Shown here piece after piece: positions 8,786 to 17,224 of a DNA stretch of 31,259 bases. The stretch covers positions 1-31,259 of the forward strand of contig CAZXJU010000002.1 in NCBI GenBank assembly GCA_964641035.1. Direction: 5' to 3'. Under the pieces are notes generated by a model. That model was not told the origin of the DNA. It was given only the letters and a program-made list of their open reading frames with translations, and ran no database searches. The first letter of the stretch is position 1. Every line of letters begins with the position of its first letter. The stretch is from an uncultured Halobacteriales archaeon. Lineage in GTDB: Archaea; Thermoplasmatota; E2; JACPAO01. The position numbers and the translations under genes are program-made.

Positions 8786-10483
8786 ATGCGCGCCCAGGCC
8801 GTCCTCCTTCTTGCACTCATGATCGCCGCGCCGCTGGCCATGGCCCAGAACGACTGGCCACAATACGGCCGCGACGCCACCCACCAAAGCGCCGTCCCCA
8901 CCAACCAGAACAGCGAATTCGAACCGTTCCTCGAACGCTGGTGGAACAACGTCTCCATCTCCGCCAAACCCGGATCCCCGGTCGCCTTCGACAACATCGT
9001 CTACGTCGGCGACGCCGACGGCAACCTCCACGCCTTCGACCGCGAAAGCGGCGGCCCCCTATGGACCGTCGAAGTCGCCGGCAACGCCGTCATCGAGGGC
9101 GCCCCCGCCGCCGGCGAAGAAGCCGTCTACGTGCTCGCCCGCACCGGCTCGATCTACGCCTTCGACCCCGACGACGGCAGCCCCGTCACCGGCTTCCCCC
9201 TCTCCACCGCCAGCCCCGCCTCCGGCTCCGTCCTCTTCCACAGCCAACAGAACCTCGTCATCGGCGCCGGCGGCGCCACCATCCGCTCCTACATCGCCGA
9301 CACCCAGGAACAGAAATGGACCTTCAGCGCCTCCGGCCTCTTCGTCGGAAACGCGACCAGCGGCATCAACTGCCCCGGCGGCACGATCGTCGGCACCCCC
9401 GTCATCTTCGAGAACCTCGTCTTCTTCGGATCCACCAACAAGTGCTTCTTCGCACTCGACAACCAAGCCTTCGGCACGATCTCCGCCACCGGCAATGCGC
9501 CGAACAAGCCACGATGGGTCTTCCAGGCCGACGACTCGATCCAAAGCTCGCCCGCCATCGACGTGCAGAACCGCCGCGTGCTCTTCGGCGACATCTCCGG
9601 CAACATGTACTCCATCAGCGTCGACAACAACGGCAAGGTCTCCACGGCCACATGGAAGTACACCGAACCGCTCGTCGGCAACCTGCCCTCCGAGTTCCGC
9701 GCCGGCGCCGCCATCGTCGACGACCGCGCGATCGTCGCCTCACGAAACGGCAAGGTCAACGCCCTGTCGTTGACCAACGGCGCCAAACTCTGGACCCAGG
9801 CAAGCGACCTCGGCGGCGAGATCGTGGGCACCCCCGCCGTCGCCGACGGCAAGATCCTCGTCGGCACCCGCACCGGCACCGCCGGCACCATGTACATGCT
9901 CAACGTCACCGACGGCGGCATCATCGACCAACGGCCCGCACTCGACAAGATCTCCGCCACCCCCATCATCCTCGGAACCCAAGGCATCTGGGCCAGCGAA
10001 GACGGCACCTTACACTCCTTCGGAGGCCAGAAACCCGCCCGCGCCGACCTCGCCGTCATCAGCCTTTCGCCGACGAGCATGATCAGCGGCCAGGCCACCA
10101 CGATCAGCGGCACGATACGAAACCAGGGCGAACTCGACGCACCCGCCACCGTCGTCTCCATCATCGTCGGCAGCCAACAGATCAGCGAGCAAAGCGTGAC
10201 GGCCCTCGCCGTGGATCAAACCGACTCCTTCAGCGTTTCCTACACGCCGTCGGCGGCCGGGAAACTCACCGTGACCGCGTTCGTCGACGCGGGCCGTCAG
10301 ATCCAGGAGAGCGACGAATCCAACAACGTACGCACCGTCGACGCGACCGTCACGAACCCGCCGCCGCCCGTCACCCAAGACCCGGCCAGCACGGAGAAGA
10401 CGCCGGCGCCCGGCGTCGCGCTCACGTTGTCGTTCCTGGCGCTTCTAGTGCTAGCCTTGGCGCGCCGACGCCGGGTCCGGTGA
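8786..10483 (+). CDS. Secreted PQQ-repeat beta-propeller + CARDB domain surface protein with C-terminal sorting-type anchor
   Basis: Signal peptide; DWPQYGRDATH N-terminal motif; repeated SP.....VYVG/A.D..G...W units; DLAVISL...IRNQGE...ESDESNN (CARDB); tail TPAPGV-TM-RRRRVR. Confidence 0.85.
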   Translation: MRAQAVLLLALMIAAPLAMAQNDWPQYGRDATHQSAVPTNQNSEFEPFLERWWNNVSISAKPGSPVAFDNIVYVGDADGNLHAFDRESGGPLWTVEVAGNAVIEGAPAAGEEAVYVLARTGSIYAFDPDDGSPVTGFPLSTASPASGSVLFHSQQNLVIGAGGATIRSYIADTQEQKWTFSASGLFVGNATSGINCPGGTIVGTPVIFENLVFFGSTNKCFFALDNQAFGTISATGNAPNKPRWVFQADDSIQSSPAIDVQNRRVLFGDISGNMYSISVDNNGKVSTATWKYTEPLVGNLPSEFRAGAAIVDDRAIVASRNGKVNALSLTNGAKLWTQASDLGGEIVGTPAVADGKILVGTRTGTAGTMYMLNVTDGGIIDQRPALDKISATPIILGTQGIWASEDGTLHSFGGQKPARADLAVISLSPTSMISGQATTISGTIRNQGELDAPATVVSIIVGSQQISEQSVTALAVDQTDSFSVSYTPSAAGKLTVTAFVDAGRQIQESDESNNVRTVDATVTNPPPPVTQDPASTEKTPAPGVALTLSFLALLVLALARRRRVR

Positions 10484-11323
10484 CACCGACTCCGAAGCAC
10501 CACCGCCGCGCGACGGCGCGACATCAAGACGTTCCGGGCAGCCGTGGCGCCTCGCGCACCCCGCGCACCGCGCCTTCGACCGGTGGTCCCGATGCGCCTC
10601 GCCCGTCCGCTCGGCCAACTGGATCCGAAGAAGCGTACGCACCAACTCGTCCTCCACCCGGTCCGAAAACGGCACCTCGAACTTCTCCTCAGGATACTCG
10701 ATGATGCCGTGCTCCGGCCGCGTGCCCGTCTCCGACTCGATGAGGTGACAGTACGCGGCCAACTGCAGGACGTGGCTGTCGTACGGCCGTTTCGGCGTCC
10801 GACCCGATTTCACCTCGACCGGCACCGGCCGGCCGTCGCGCTCGACCACGTAATCCGGCCGGCCCTCCAACGGCAACGTCTTGCTCACCAACACCTCCGG
10901 CCGGCCCGACTCGGTGTCCACGTACGCCACGTCCCCGCGCACCACGCGCGCGGACCGGCCCAACGCGTCGGCGCGGCCACGGAAGAACAAGTGGAACGCC
11001 AACAGGTACATCGCGCCCGCGCACCACAAGACCGACAAGAAGACGAGTAACCAGTAGACGCCCGTCGCCGCCTCCAAGAAGAGAAGCTCGATCCCCAGCA
11101 CCGCCGCGCCGATCGTAAGGAGCGCCAACAAGAAGGCGGTCTCGATGCTGAAGACGGCGTCGCGCTGCAACGACCCGATCCGGTCGACGCGCTCCGAGCG
11201 TTCCCGATGCGTCCGGACGCCGCCGCTGCCGCCGACGCCTTCGGTCCCCTCCTTCGCCCGCTGCCAATTGAGGGGGCAATACACGAACCGGTCGATGTCA
11301 CCGGCCGCGATCCGGTCAGACAC
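10451..11323 (-). CDS. Solo Cas4-like PD-(D/E)XK nuclease with two inserted transmembrane helices
   Basis: YCP (Cys1), GxxxH, GRPDY, EVKSG, QLAAY and C-terminal CAGCARRHGC (3 Cys). Two hydrophobic segments lie at about aa 61-83 and 89-114. No cas1/cas2 or array in the window. Confidence 0.8.
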   Translation of the reverse strand: MSDRIAAGDIDRFVYCPLNWQRAKEGTEGVGGSGGVRTHRERSERVDRIGSLQRDAVFSIETAFLLALLTIGAAVLGIELLFLEAATGVYWLLVFLSVLWCAGAMYLLAFHLFFRGRADALGRSARVVRGDVAYVDTESGRPEVLVSKTLPLEGRPDYVVERDGRPVPVEVKSGRTPKRPYDSHVLQLAAYCHLIESETGTRPEHGIIEYPEEKFEVPFSDRVEDELVRTLLRIQLAERTGEAHRDHRSKARCAGCARRHGCPERLDVAPSRGGGASESVSPDPASARQG

Positions 11324-11423
11324 GAGGCGACCATGAGAGGTGGACCAAGAAGTAACTATCGTTGAGGGCGAGGGACCCCGACATCCCCGCAGCTTCCGTC
11401 TGTCGTGTCCGCGGCCCGGGTGG

Positions 11424-11756
11424 TCAAACGAGGGCGTTCTGGATGACCTGACGGACTTTCAAAAGCGTGCCTTGCGTCACCCGACCCGCCCGGTCACGGA
11501 GACTCGCCACGTCGTCCGACACCATGATTTCCGGCACGACGACGGAGCCGGCGTCATTCAGTCCTCCTTCTTGGAACGCGGGCTCGACCGTCGTCCACTA
11601 CGCCTTGGGCGTGGTGGTGAACGAAACGACGATGACGACGCCGGTCAGCGCGGTCACGCCGGCCCGTGAGACGACGAGCACGGGTCGGCGCTTGGTGCCG
11701 CCGCCCTGAAGCGGGAAATCCATCCAGTAGACCTCGCCAGGCTCCGGGTTCGCCAC
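11424..11756 (-). pseudogene. MazF/PemK-family toxin, 110 codons, interrupted by an in-frame TAG at codon 53
   Basis: Hand translation: MANPEPGEVYWMDFPLQGGGTKRRPVLVVSRAGVTALTGVVIVVSFTTTPKA*WTTVEPAFQEGGLNDAGSVVVPEIMVSDDVASLRDRAGRVTQGTLLKVRQVIQNALV. TAG is at 11600-11598. The GTG start overlaps the upstream gene's stop (TAGTG). Absent from the ORF track. Confidence 0.8.
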
Positions 11757-12175
11757 TAGCCTTCCGCCTGGTCAAGCAGCCGGCCGGCCGAGGCGCGGCT
11801 TGCGTACAATAGTTCCGACTGCTCGCGTTCCGCCTCGGCCTCCATGTATTCCTCGAGTGCCGCCCGCGGCGCGAACACACGGTGTTCGTCGTCGAGGAAG
11901 TATCCACGGTGATGCCGTCGAAGGATCTCCAGGTGGCGCGCGACCGTCCGAGGATCCTTCTTCGCAGCCGCGGCAATCTTGCTCACGTGGACCGCGGGCG
12001 CGCCCGGCTTGGACAAACGGCGGACCGCCCGAACGACCGCCTGGTGGACTCGCAGCGACTTCTCGGCCCGGGGCGACGACAAGGCGACTTCGACCTCGGA
12101 CGGCGTCAACGGCCCCTTGTCGCGGGGCCCGTTCCTGGATGCGACCCGTTTCCCCTTCTTCGCCATCTCCATCAT
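11756..12175 (-). CDS. wHTH protein, putative antitoxin/regulator of the MazF-like gene
   Basis: Likely start ATG 12175, 12172 or 12166. HTH-like VSKIAAAAKKDPRTVARHLEIL and acidic helical tail ALEEYMEAEAEREQSE; 1-nt overlap with the toxin start. Confidence 0.6.
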   Translation of the reverse strand: MMEMAKKGKRVASRNGPRDKGPLTPSEVEVALSSPRAEKSLRVHQAVVRAVRRLSKPGAPAVHVSKIAAAAKKDPRTVARHLEILRRHHRGYFLDDEHRVFAPRAALEEYMEAEAEREQSELLYASRASAGRLLDQAEG

Positions 12176-12931
12176 AATGGATTCCAACTCCACGATTATG
12201 TAGTTTCCCTTCGTCCCCTTGCGTGCGATCAAAGGACCCCGGTCCAGGCCCCCAACCCACCGTAGCGACCAGGAACGCCATGCGAACCAGCCATTGCAGG
12301 CACGTTGGCCCTCCGTGGCTGTAACCATTTTGGAAACGGCGTTTGCAAGACGCCTGCACGCTCCGAACGCCCCACGACGGCCGTCGCGCGGCGCGCCCCA
12401 GCCGACAGCCAACGTGCGCGTCCTGCAAATCGTGATTGTGCACGCCACGTCCTTCCGGAAGGTTCACGAATCAGGGCGCGAGACGAACCGCGACGTCCCC
12501 CGGCTGAACCACGTTGGCGCCCGCCCGCTCGACCATCCACTCGGCCAAGTCCGCCAACCTCCACGGAACCTTGACAAGCGACAAGGCGGCGGAGCAAAGG
12601 GGTATAACCCTGGCGACCGGGCCTTCGTGCAGGACGGCGATACCGTCATCTGGGTCGGGGAGAAATCCAACGAGCGTGCAGAAGCGCTGGCCACCGCCGT
12701 CGACATCGAAACGCTATCGCTGAAGGACGTACGGAAAAAGGTAAAGAAATAGTGACCCTAGTTCGCACATGCGACGAAGACGCCCCGGCGTGGCGCGTCT
12801 TCGGATGTGATGTAGGCGGAGGTCATATTTTACCGTAATGGAAGTGACGCTTTCTCCAGGCCCCTTGTAGAGGGGGCCGGGCCCAGGTACCGGTCGGATA
12901 CGTCCCAAGAAGACGAACTCGACCGGCCATT

Positions 12932-13825
12932 TTACGCGTCCCGAATCGTCGTCCACGTCGCGCCCTGGTCCCGCGACTCCATCACGAGCCCGGCCCCCGT
13001 GCTGGCAAACGCGTGCGTCGAATCCGCCGGATCCACGGCGAAAAGCACAGGGGCGGACACGCCGCGCAGGGCCGCCGGCGTCAGCTCGGTCCATGAGGCG
13101 CCGCCGTCGACGCTGCGGTACGTCGATCCCGACTGGCCTTCGGCGGCGGTCGCGAACCACGCCTGGCCGTCGGACGAGACCGCCACGGTCACCACGAGCT
13201 CCGGCAACCCCTCGGCCTCGACCGCCGTCCAATTGCCGAACGACTCCAGGTCCCGCGTCTCGAAGAGACCCGACGCGGTGGCCGCCACCAACGACCCGGG
13301 CGCACCGGCCAACGCGATGACCTCCGCCGGTGGACCCGCATGGTCGGTCCACGTGGCGCCCGCGTCGGTGGAGACCTTGACGGCGGGCTTCCAATACCCG
13401 GCCAACCACCCCTCCTGGCCCGCGATGCTCGTCAGCGCATGGAAATCCACCTGACCCCTCAAGCTCCGCTGCTCCCACGTCTCCCCACCGTCCACGGACC
13501 GCCGCAGGCCCAGGTTCACGCCGCCGTACGCCAAGCGATCGTCCGGGTGGCCGCTCGAATAGAATACACCCGGCGTCTCCGCGTCCTGCGTGAACCCCAT
13601 GTAGTCGTACCGGTCCTCCCCGACGTACGACCACGACCAGGCGTCCCCGTCCGCCACCCCTCTGACCAGCCCGTCGTGCGTGGCCACGAAGAGCGCCTCC
13701 CGACCCGGGTCGTACGCCAGGCCGTGCACGTGGGTGAACTCCACGTCCGAGGCCGGCTCCGGTTGCGAACAGCCGGCCAACACGGGCGCCACGACGAGCG
13801 CCGCCAGGACGAAGGCCTTCCGCAT
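12932..13825 (-). CDS. BNR/Asp-box beta-propeller lipoprotein (F510_1955-like)
   Basis: MRKAFV...LAGC lipobox; THVHGL..ATHDGL, DYMGF, SGHP; Asp boxes SVDGGETW, STDAGATW, SVDGGASW, SRDQGATW. Confidence 0.8.
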   Translation of the reverse strand: MRKAFVLAALVVAPVLAGCSQPEPASDVEFTHVHGLAYDPGREALFVATHDGLVRGVADGDAWSWSYVGEDRYDYMGFTQDAETPGVFYSSGHPDDRLAYGGVNLGLRRSVDGGETWEQRSLRGQVDFHALTSIAGQEGWLAGYWKPAVKVSTDAGATWTDHAGPPAEVIALAGAPGSLVAATASGLFETRDLESFGNWTAVEAEGLPELVVTVAVSSDGQAWFATAAEGQSGSTYRSVDGGASWTELTPAALRGVSAPVLFAVDPADSTHAFASTGAGLVMESRDQGATWTTIRDA

Positions 13826-14189
13826 GCCGCCCGCAAGAGGCGGGCCAGTCTTTGGTTCCTTCCCTCGGACACGGGACCAAATCCCCGACGGCCAGGGCCA
13901 CATCATCGGCCAAGACGGCCGCAGCGCGCAGATTGGTGAGCGTATTCATAAAGAAATTCGAAGTCAGCACAGTTCAGATATAAGCGCGCTCACTGATCTG
14001 AGCATCTTTGTAAGGATTCCGCATCTTGGCTAGCGATGGACGACGCAGCCCGCGCGTGCGTCCAACGCGGTCCAAGGCGCTCCAACGCGCAACCGTGGCG
14101 CCGAATGGCCGCGCCGAAGATGAACGGCGCCGTCCCGGCTTCGCATGGGACCGGGGAAGTCTCGGAGCCGGCGGGGAGCCCAGTGCCTC

Positions 14190-14591
14190 TTAGCCGGATT
14201 CCCCCGCCACCACGGAATCGGCCCATGCGACGAGGCGCCGGGCCCGTTTCGTGGCCACCTCGGCCTCGTGCGCCTCGTACTCCCGCGCCTCGTACTCGAT
14301 GAGGTTCTTGTCGCGGATCAAACGCACGAACTGCTCCGCGCGGTCGTCCGCGTCGTCGAGCCCAGTTCGCCGCACGAGCTGGGAAGAGCGCTCGTGGTCG
14401 GCGTCGCGCGACCGTTCCCCCAGCATCCACGTCGTCACGGCGTCGACGGCCGAGATCCCGGCGTGGACCGCGCCAAGGCCCGCGGCGTTCCAGTCACCGC
14501 CTGAAAGCGAGGCCTCGGCGGCACGCAGGAACTCCGTCGATTTCCGGAGATAGACGTGGGATTTGCGTGCAGGAAGTCGTTTGACCCTCAT
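14190..14591 (-). CDS. HEPN domain protein (toxin partner of an MNT-HEPN module)
   Basis: Helical 133 aa protein: KSTEFLRAAEASL..GDWNAAGLGAVHAGISAVDA...KNLIEY. ATGA overlap with the upstream MNT gene. Confidence 0.8.
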   Translation of the reverse strand: MRVKRLPARKSHVYLRKSTEFLRAAEASLSGGDWNAAGLGAVHAGISAVDAVTTWMLGERSRDADHERSSQLVRRTGLDDADDRAEQFVRLIRDKNLIEYEAREYEAHEAEVATKRARRLVAWADSVVAGESG

Positions 14592-15187
14592 CCGTCGGCC
14601 GCCAGCATCGCGACCCCGTCCTTCTCGATGGCTCGGACCAAGGCCAGGTCGCGCTTGCTGTCAAATTCGTCTTCCGAGTAGATAACCTCCGCCAGGGGGT
14701 TGGTGAAAGTGGCTTCGATCGCCTTGCGCAGGGAAGCCACGGCGTCCCGGACACCGGCCTTGTCGTCATCGGCCCGGACGACGATGAGCAGGTCGATGTC
14801 GCTCGACGGGGTCTCCTCGCCCCGCGCGATGGACCCGAAAAGCGTCGCCTGGACGACGCGCGGGTCGGAGCCGACGTGGTCCCGGACCAGGTCCCGCAGC
14901 CGCCGGATCCCGCCGTCTTGCGCGGCGAGCAGGGCGCTGAGCGGTTCGACAAGGAAGTGCGTCCGCTGGAGCCGCCATTCGTGCGCGCGGCCGACGGTCC
15001 TGCGGTGGACCAATCCGTGCGACTCCAGCCGGCGAAGCGTCGTCAGGGCGTCGGAAGGATGCACATCGGCCGTTCGCGCCAGTTCCCGTCCTGTGAACCC
15101 CTTCGCCGGATGTCGCAGGAGGGTGCCGATGACGCGCAACGCACTGCGTCCCCGGAGGATGTCGTCCAGCGGAGAATGGAACCTCAT
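14588..15187 (-). CDS. wHTH + minimal nucleotidyltransferase (MNT) antitoxin
   Basis: N-terminal wHTH (FTGRELARTADVHPSDALTTLRRLESHGLV) and NTase motif LFGSIARGEETPSSDIDLLIV. Start is ATG 15187 (or 15205), not 15532. Confidence 0.85.
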   Translation of the reverse strand: MRFHSPLDDILRGRSALRVIGTLLRHPAKGFTGRELARTADVHPSDALTTLRRLESHGLVHRRTVGRAHEWRLQRTHFLVEPLSALLAAQDGGIRRLRDLVRDHVGSDPRVVQATLFGSIARGEETPSSDIDLLIVVRADDDKAGVRDAVASLRKAIEATFTNPLAEVIYSEDEFDSKRDLALVRAIEKDGVAMLAADG

Positions 15188-15225
15188 GTACGGAACCCTG
15201 TACATATGTACGGTATCACGTACAT
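15186..15225. promoter_or_regulatory. Two tandem 20-bp palindromic operators ATGTAC-N8-GTACAT
   Basis: 15186-15205 ATGTAC ggaaccct GTACAT and 15206-15225 ATGTAC ggtatcac GTACAT; they overlap the MNT start region. Confidence 0.7.
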
Positions 15226-15364
15226 AAGGGTTCGTTTGTGCCGCGGGCGTTGGCCGCCCGGCCGGTCGTCGACCGAGCCGCCGTGAAATCATAGCGTATG
15301 ATGGTTCTAAGGTGGTTCGCGCGGGCGGAAATGAGTCCTGGACTCCACATGCAAACCCGAACAC

Positions 15365-15379
15365 CAAACTCGCTATAAG
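15365..15379 (+). promoter_or_regulatory. BRE/TATA promoter
   Basis: CAAACtcgcTATAAG; shares CACCAAACTCG with the promoter at 26173-26190. Confidence 0.55.
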
Positions 15380-15404
15380 CGGGACAACGACCAAACCGGC
15401 CTTT

Positions 15405-15602
15405 GTGAACGTGAACATCGAACGGATGGCGGAGACGGTCCAATGGTCGCACACATGCGGTGCCGAGGGGTCCACGGTGGCCCCCATCGACGTCACACCC
15501 TTGGCCGAGCACCTGGCCGCGTGCCCCGACAACCGCGTGATCGTCGTCGAGCTACGCGAATCCTACGTCGTCTACGGCGACTGGATCCGCCCCGGCCGGT
15601 AG
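15405..15602 (+). CDS. Small hypothetical protein (65 aa; His/Cys pair motifs)
   Basis: GTG lies about 25 nt after the TATA box (leaderless spacing); alternative ATG at 15426. Contains WSHTCG...EHLAAC. Confidence 0.45.
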   Translation: MNVNIERMAETVQWSHTCGAEGSTVAPIDVTPLAEHLAACPDNRVIVVELRESYVVYGDWIRPGR

Positions 15603-15727
15603 CCGGCGACCTCGCCGCCATCCGGCCGCAGCGGACGCAGGACGTCCCCGATCGGCGTCCATCGGACGATCACCAGTCCGGACCGACCGTCGAAAAGGAC
15701 CCGGGTGTGCCTTCCGGCCAGGTGCGC

Positions 15728-15850
15728 TCACAGGACGACGAGGCCCACCGCGAGGAGGCCGAGGGCGCCCAGGGCGATCGCCACCGCCGTCAGGCGGAGA
15801 AAGACGAGGGTCGAGTCGCCGTCGAAGAGCCATGCGAACATGAACGGCAT
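15728..15850 (-). CDS. Small single-TM protein (40 aa)
   Basis: MPFMFAWLFDGDSTLVFLRLTAVAIALGALGLLAVGLVVL; the ATG directly follows the TAA of the upstream ORF. Confidence 0.45.
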   Translation of the reverse strand: MPFMFAWLFDGDSTLVFLRLTAVAIALGALGLLAVGLVVL

Positions 15851-16054
15851 TTATCCGAGCCTCCGCATCTTAATCGTTTCTATCACCAGCGCCAGCGCGA
15901 CCATCGCGACGGCCGTACCTGTCCATAACGCGAGATGATCGAGGCGTCCATCGAGGAAGCCTTGAAAGGCTTGGGCCGCGGCGTTGGCGCTGGCTAGGAT
16001 GGCGATCAACCAGGCCAGATGACGGTCCGCCAGTCGGACGACAGCCCTTTCCAT
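15851..16054 (-). CDS. Small two-TM protein (67 aa)
   Basis: MERAVVRLADRHLAWLIAILASANAAAQAF...LALWTGTAVAMVALALVIETIKMRRLG. Confidence 0.5.
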   Translation of the reverse strand: MERAVVRLADRHLAWLIAILASANAAAQAFQGFLDGRLDHLALWTGTAVAMVALALVIETIKMRRLG

Positions 16055-16259
16055 GCAAACCCGATTCACCGTTGACAGCAAAAGCCTCGTTGGTAACCGG
16101 GTTTGCGCGTCGGCCTCAATCCGTGTTCCTGCCGCATGCGAAGGCGAACGGCCGGATCCGTCCGGCGCAAGCTCCACCGCACGAACCCGAAGACGAAGCC
16201 GCCGCCCAAGGGGCCCCGAATCGAAAGGCTCAGGAGGCGACGACCCATCGAAGCCTCCG

Positions 16260-16880
16260 TTGGCTTCCCTCTTCACCCTCGTCGAAGCCCTCTGGCTCTT
16301 CCTGCCGGCCTACATCGCCAACATGACGCCGCCGGTCGCCGCCAAGGTCCTCCCCAAGTGGAACGCGCCGATCGACGGCGGCCGGACCCACCGCGACGGA
16401 CGGCCCGTGCTCGGGAAATCCAAGACGTGGCGCGGCCTCGTCACCGGCGCCGTCGCCGCCGCCCTCGTCGCCCTGGCCCAGAGCCTCGTGGTCCACACCG
16501 ACTGGGCGCTCTCCGACTTCGCGTACACCGCATTCGGAGACAACGTCGCCGCCCCGCTCGCCATCGGATTCGCGCTCGGATTCGGCGCCGTCGCCGGCGA
16601 CGCCATCAAATCCTACTTCAAACGCCGCACCGGCCGCCAAGGCGGCGCCCCCTGGATCCCCTTCGACCAGCTCGACTTCGTCGTCTTCGGCCTCGCCGCC
16701 GCCTTCCTCACCGCCACCCTCCTCTTTATGGCGGGCGCCACCAACCACTGGTTCCTCGACGGCTTCGTCCAGGGCGACGGCTGGATCCGCCTCCTCATCA
16801 TCGTCCTCGCCACCCCGCTTCTGCACCTCGCGGTCAACGTGATCGCGTACAAGCTCGGCTTCAAAGAGGTCCCGTGGTAG
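16260..16880 (+). CDS. carS: CDP-archaeol synthase (CDP-2,3-bis-O-geranylgeranyl-sn-glycerol synthase, DUF46)
   Basis: LPAYIAN..P, PIDGG...DGRP.LG.SKTWRG, GD..KSYFKRR.G...G.PW..FDQLDF; TTG start at 16260. Confidence 0.9.
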   Translation: MASLFTLVEALWLFLPAYIANMTPPVAAKVLPKWNAPIDGGRTHRDGRPVLGKSKTWRGLVTGAVAAALVALAQSLVVHTDWALSDFAYTAFGDNVAAPLAIGFALGFGAVAGDAIKSYFKRRTGRQGGAPWIPFDQLDFVVFGLAAAFLTATLLFMAGATNHWFLDGFVQGDGWIRLLIIVLATPLLHLAVNVIAYKLGFKEVPW

Positions 16881-16882
16881 CG

Positions 16883-17224
16883 ATGGGCGTCGATCTGTTG
16901 CGCGACGAACTCATCCGTTTCGAACGCCAAGGCGACGAGCAACCCACCAACCAGGAGCTGGAGGAATGGGCCGCGCAGGCACGCGCCAAAGGCAACGAAC
17001 TGCCCGAGCCGCCCAAGGCCCGCCGGCCGGAAGGCCCCTGCCGCCTCTGCCAGGAACGCCCCTCCGCCCACCGCTGCGTCGCCTGCGACCGCGACGCCTG
17101 CCGCGAAGACTACTGGGTGATGCTCGGCCTCTGCCGCGAATGCCTCACGGAAGAGGAACTGGCCGAGGCACGCCACCGGGAGAAAACCCCGCCCGAACTG
17201 GACATCAAGTGGGTCGAGGAGTGA
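16883..17224 (+). CDS. Zinc-finger protein (113 aa), probably co-transcribed with carS
   Basis: ATG 2 nt after the carS stop; CRLC-x8-CVAC-x4-C-x9-CREC; appears in the track only as the tail of 16103..17224. Confidence 0.8.
   Translation: MGVDLLRDELIRFERQGDEQPTNQELEEWAAQARAKGNELPEPPKARRPEGPCRLCQERPSAHRCVACDRDACREDYWVMLGLCRECLTEEELAEARHREKTPPELDIKWVEE
17080..17224 (+). repeat. 145-bp direct repeat, copy 1 (3' end of the zinc-finger gene)
   Basis: 138/145 identical to 19361..19505; both copies end at TGA. Confidence 0.95.

Noticed and set aside
10451-11323. CRISPR-Cas locus suggested by the Cas4-like gene
   Set aside because: No repeat-spacer array and no cas1/cas2 or effector genes are visible in the window.
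11598-11600. Genome-wide TAG reassignment
   Set aside because: TAG terminates aIF5B, carS, a pilin, two lipoproteins and AbiEii at expected lengths in this window.
12775-12803. 9-bp hairpin CGAAGACGC/GCGTCTTCG
   Set aside because: Plausible terminator, but too short and GC-rich to support a call.
14040-14190. Possible structured ncRNA downstream of the HEPN gene
   Set aside because: GC-rich with only short stems and no recognisable RNA family motif.
11340-15300. Gene-tail duplications flanking the MazF and MNT-HEPN modules
   Set aside because: I looked by eye for copies of neighbouring gene ends and found none; a self-alignment could still reveal short ones.
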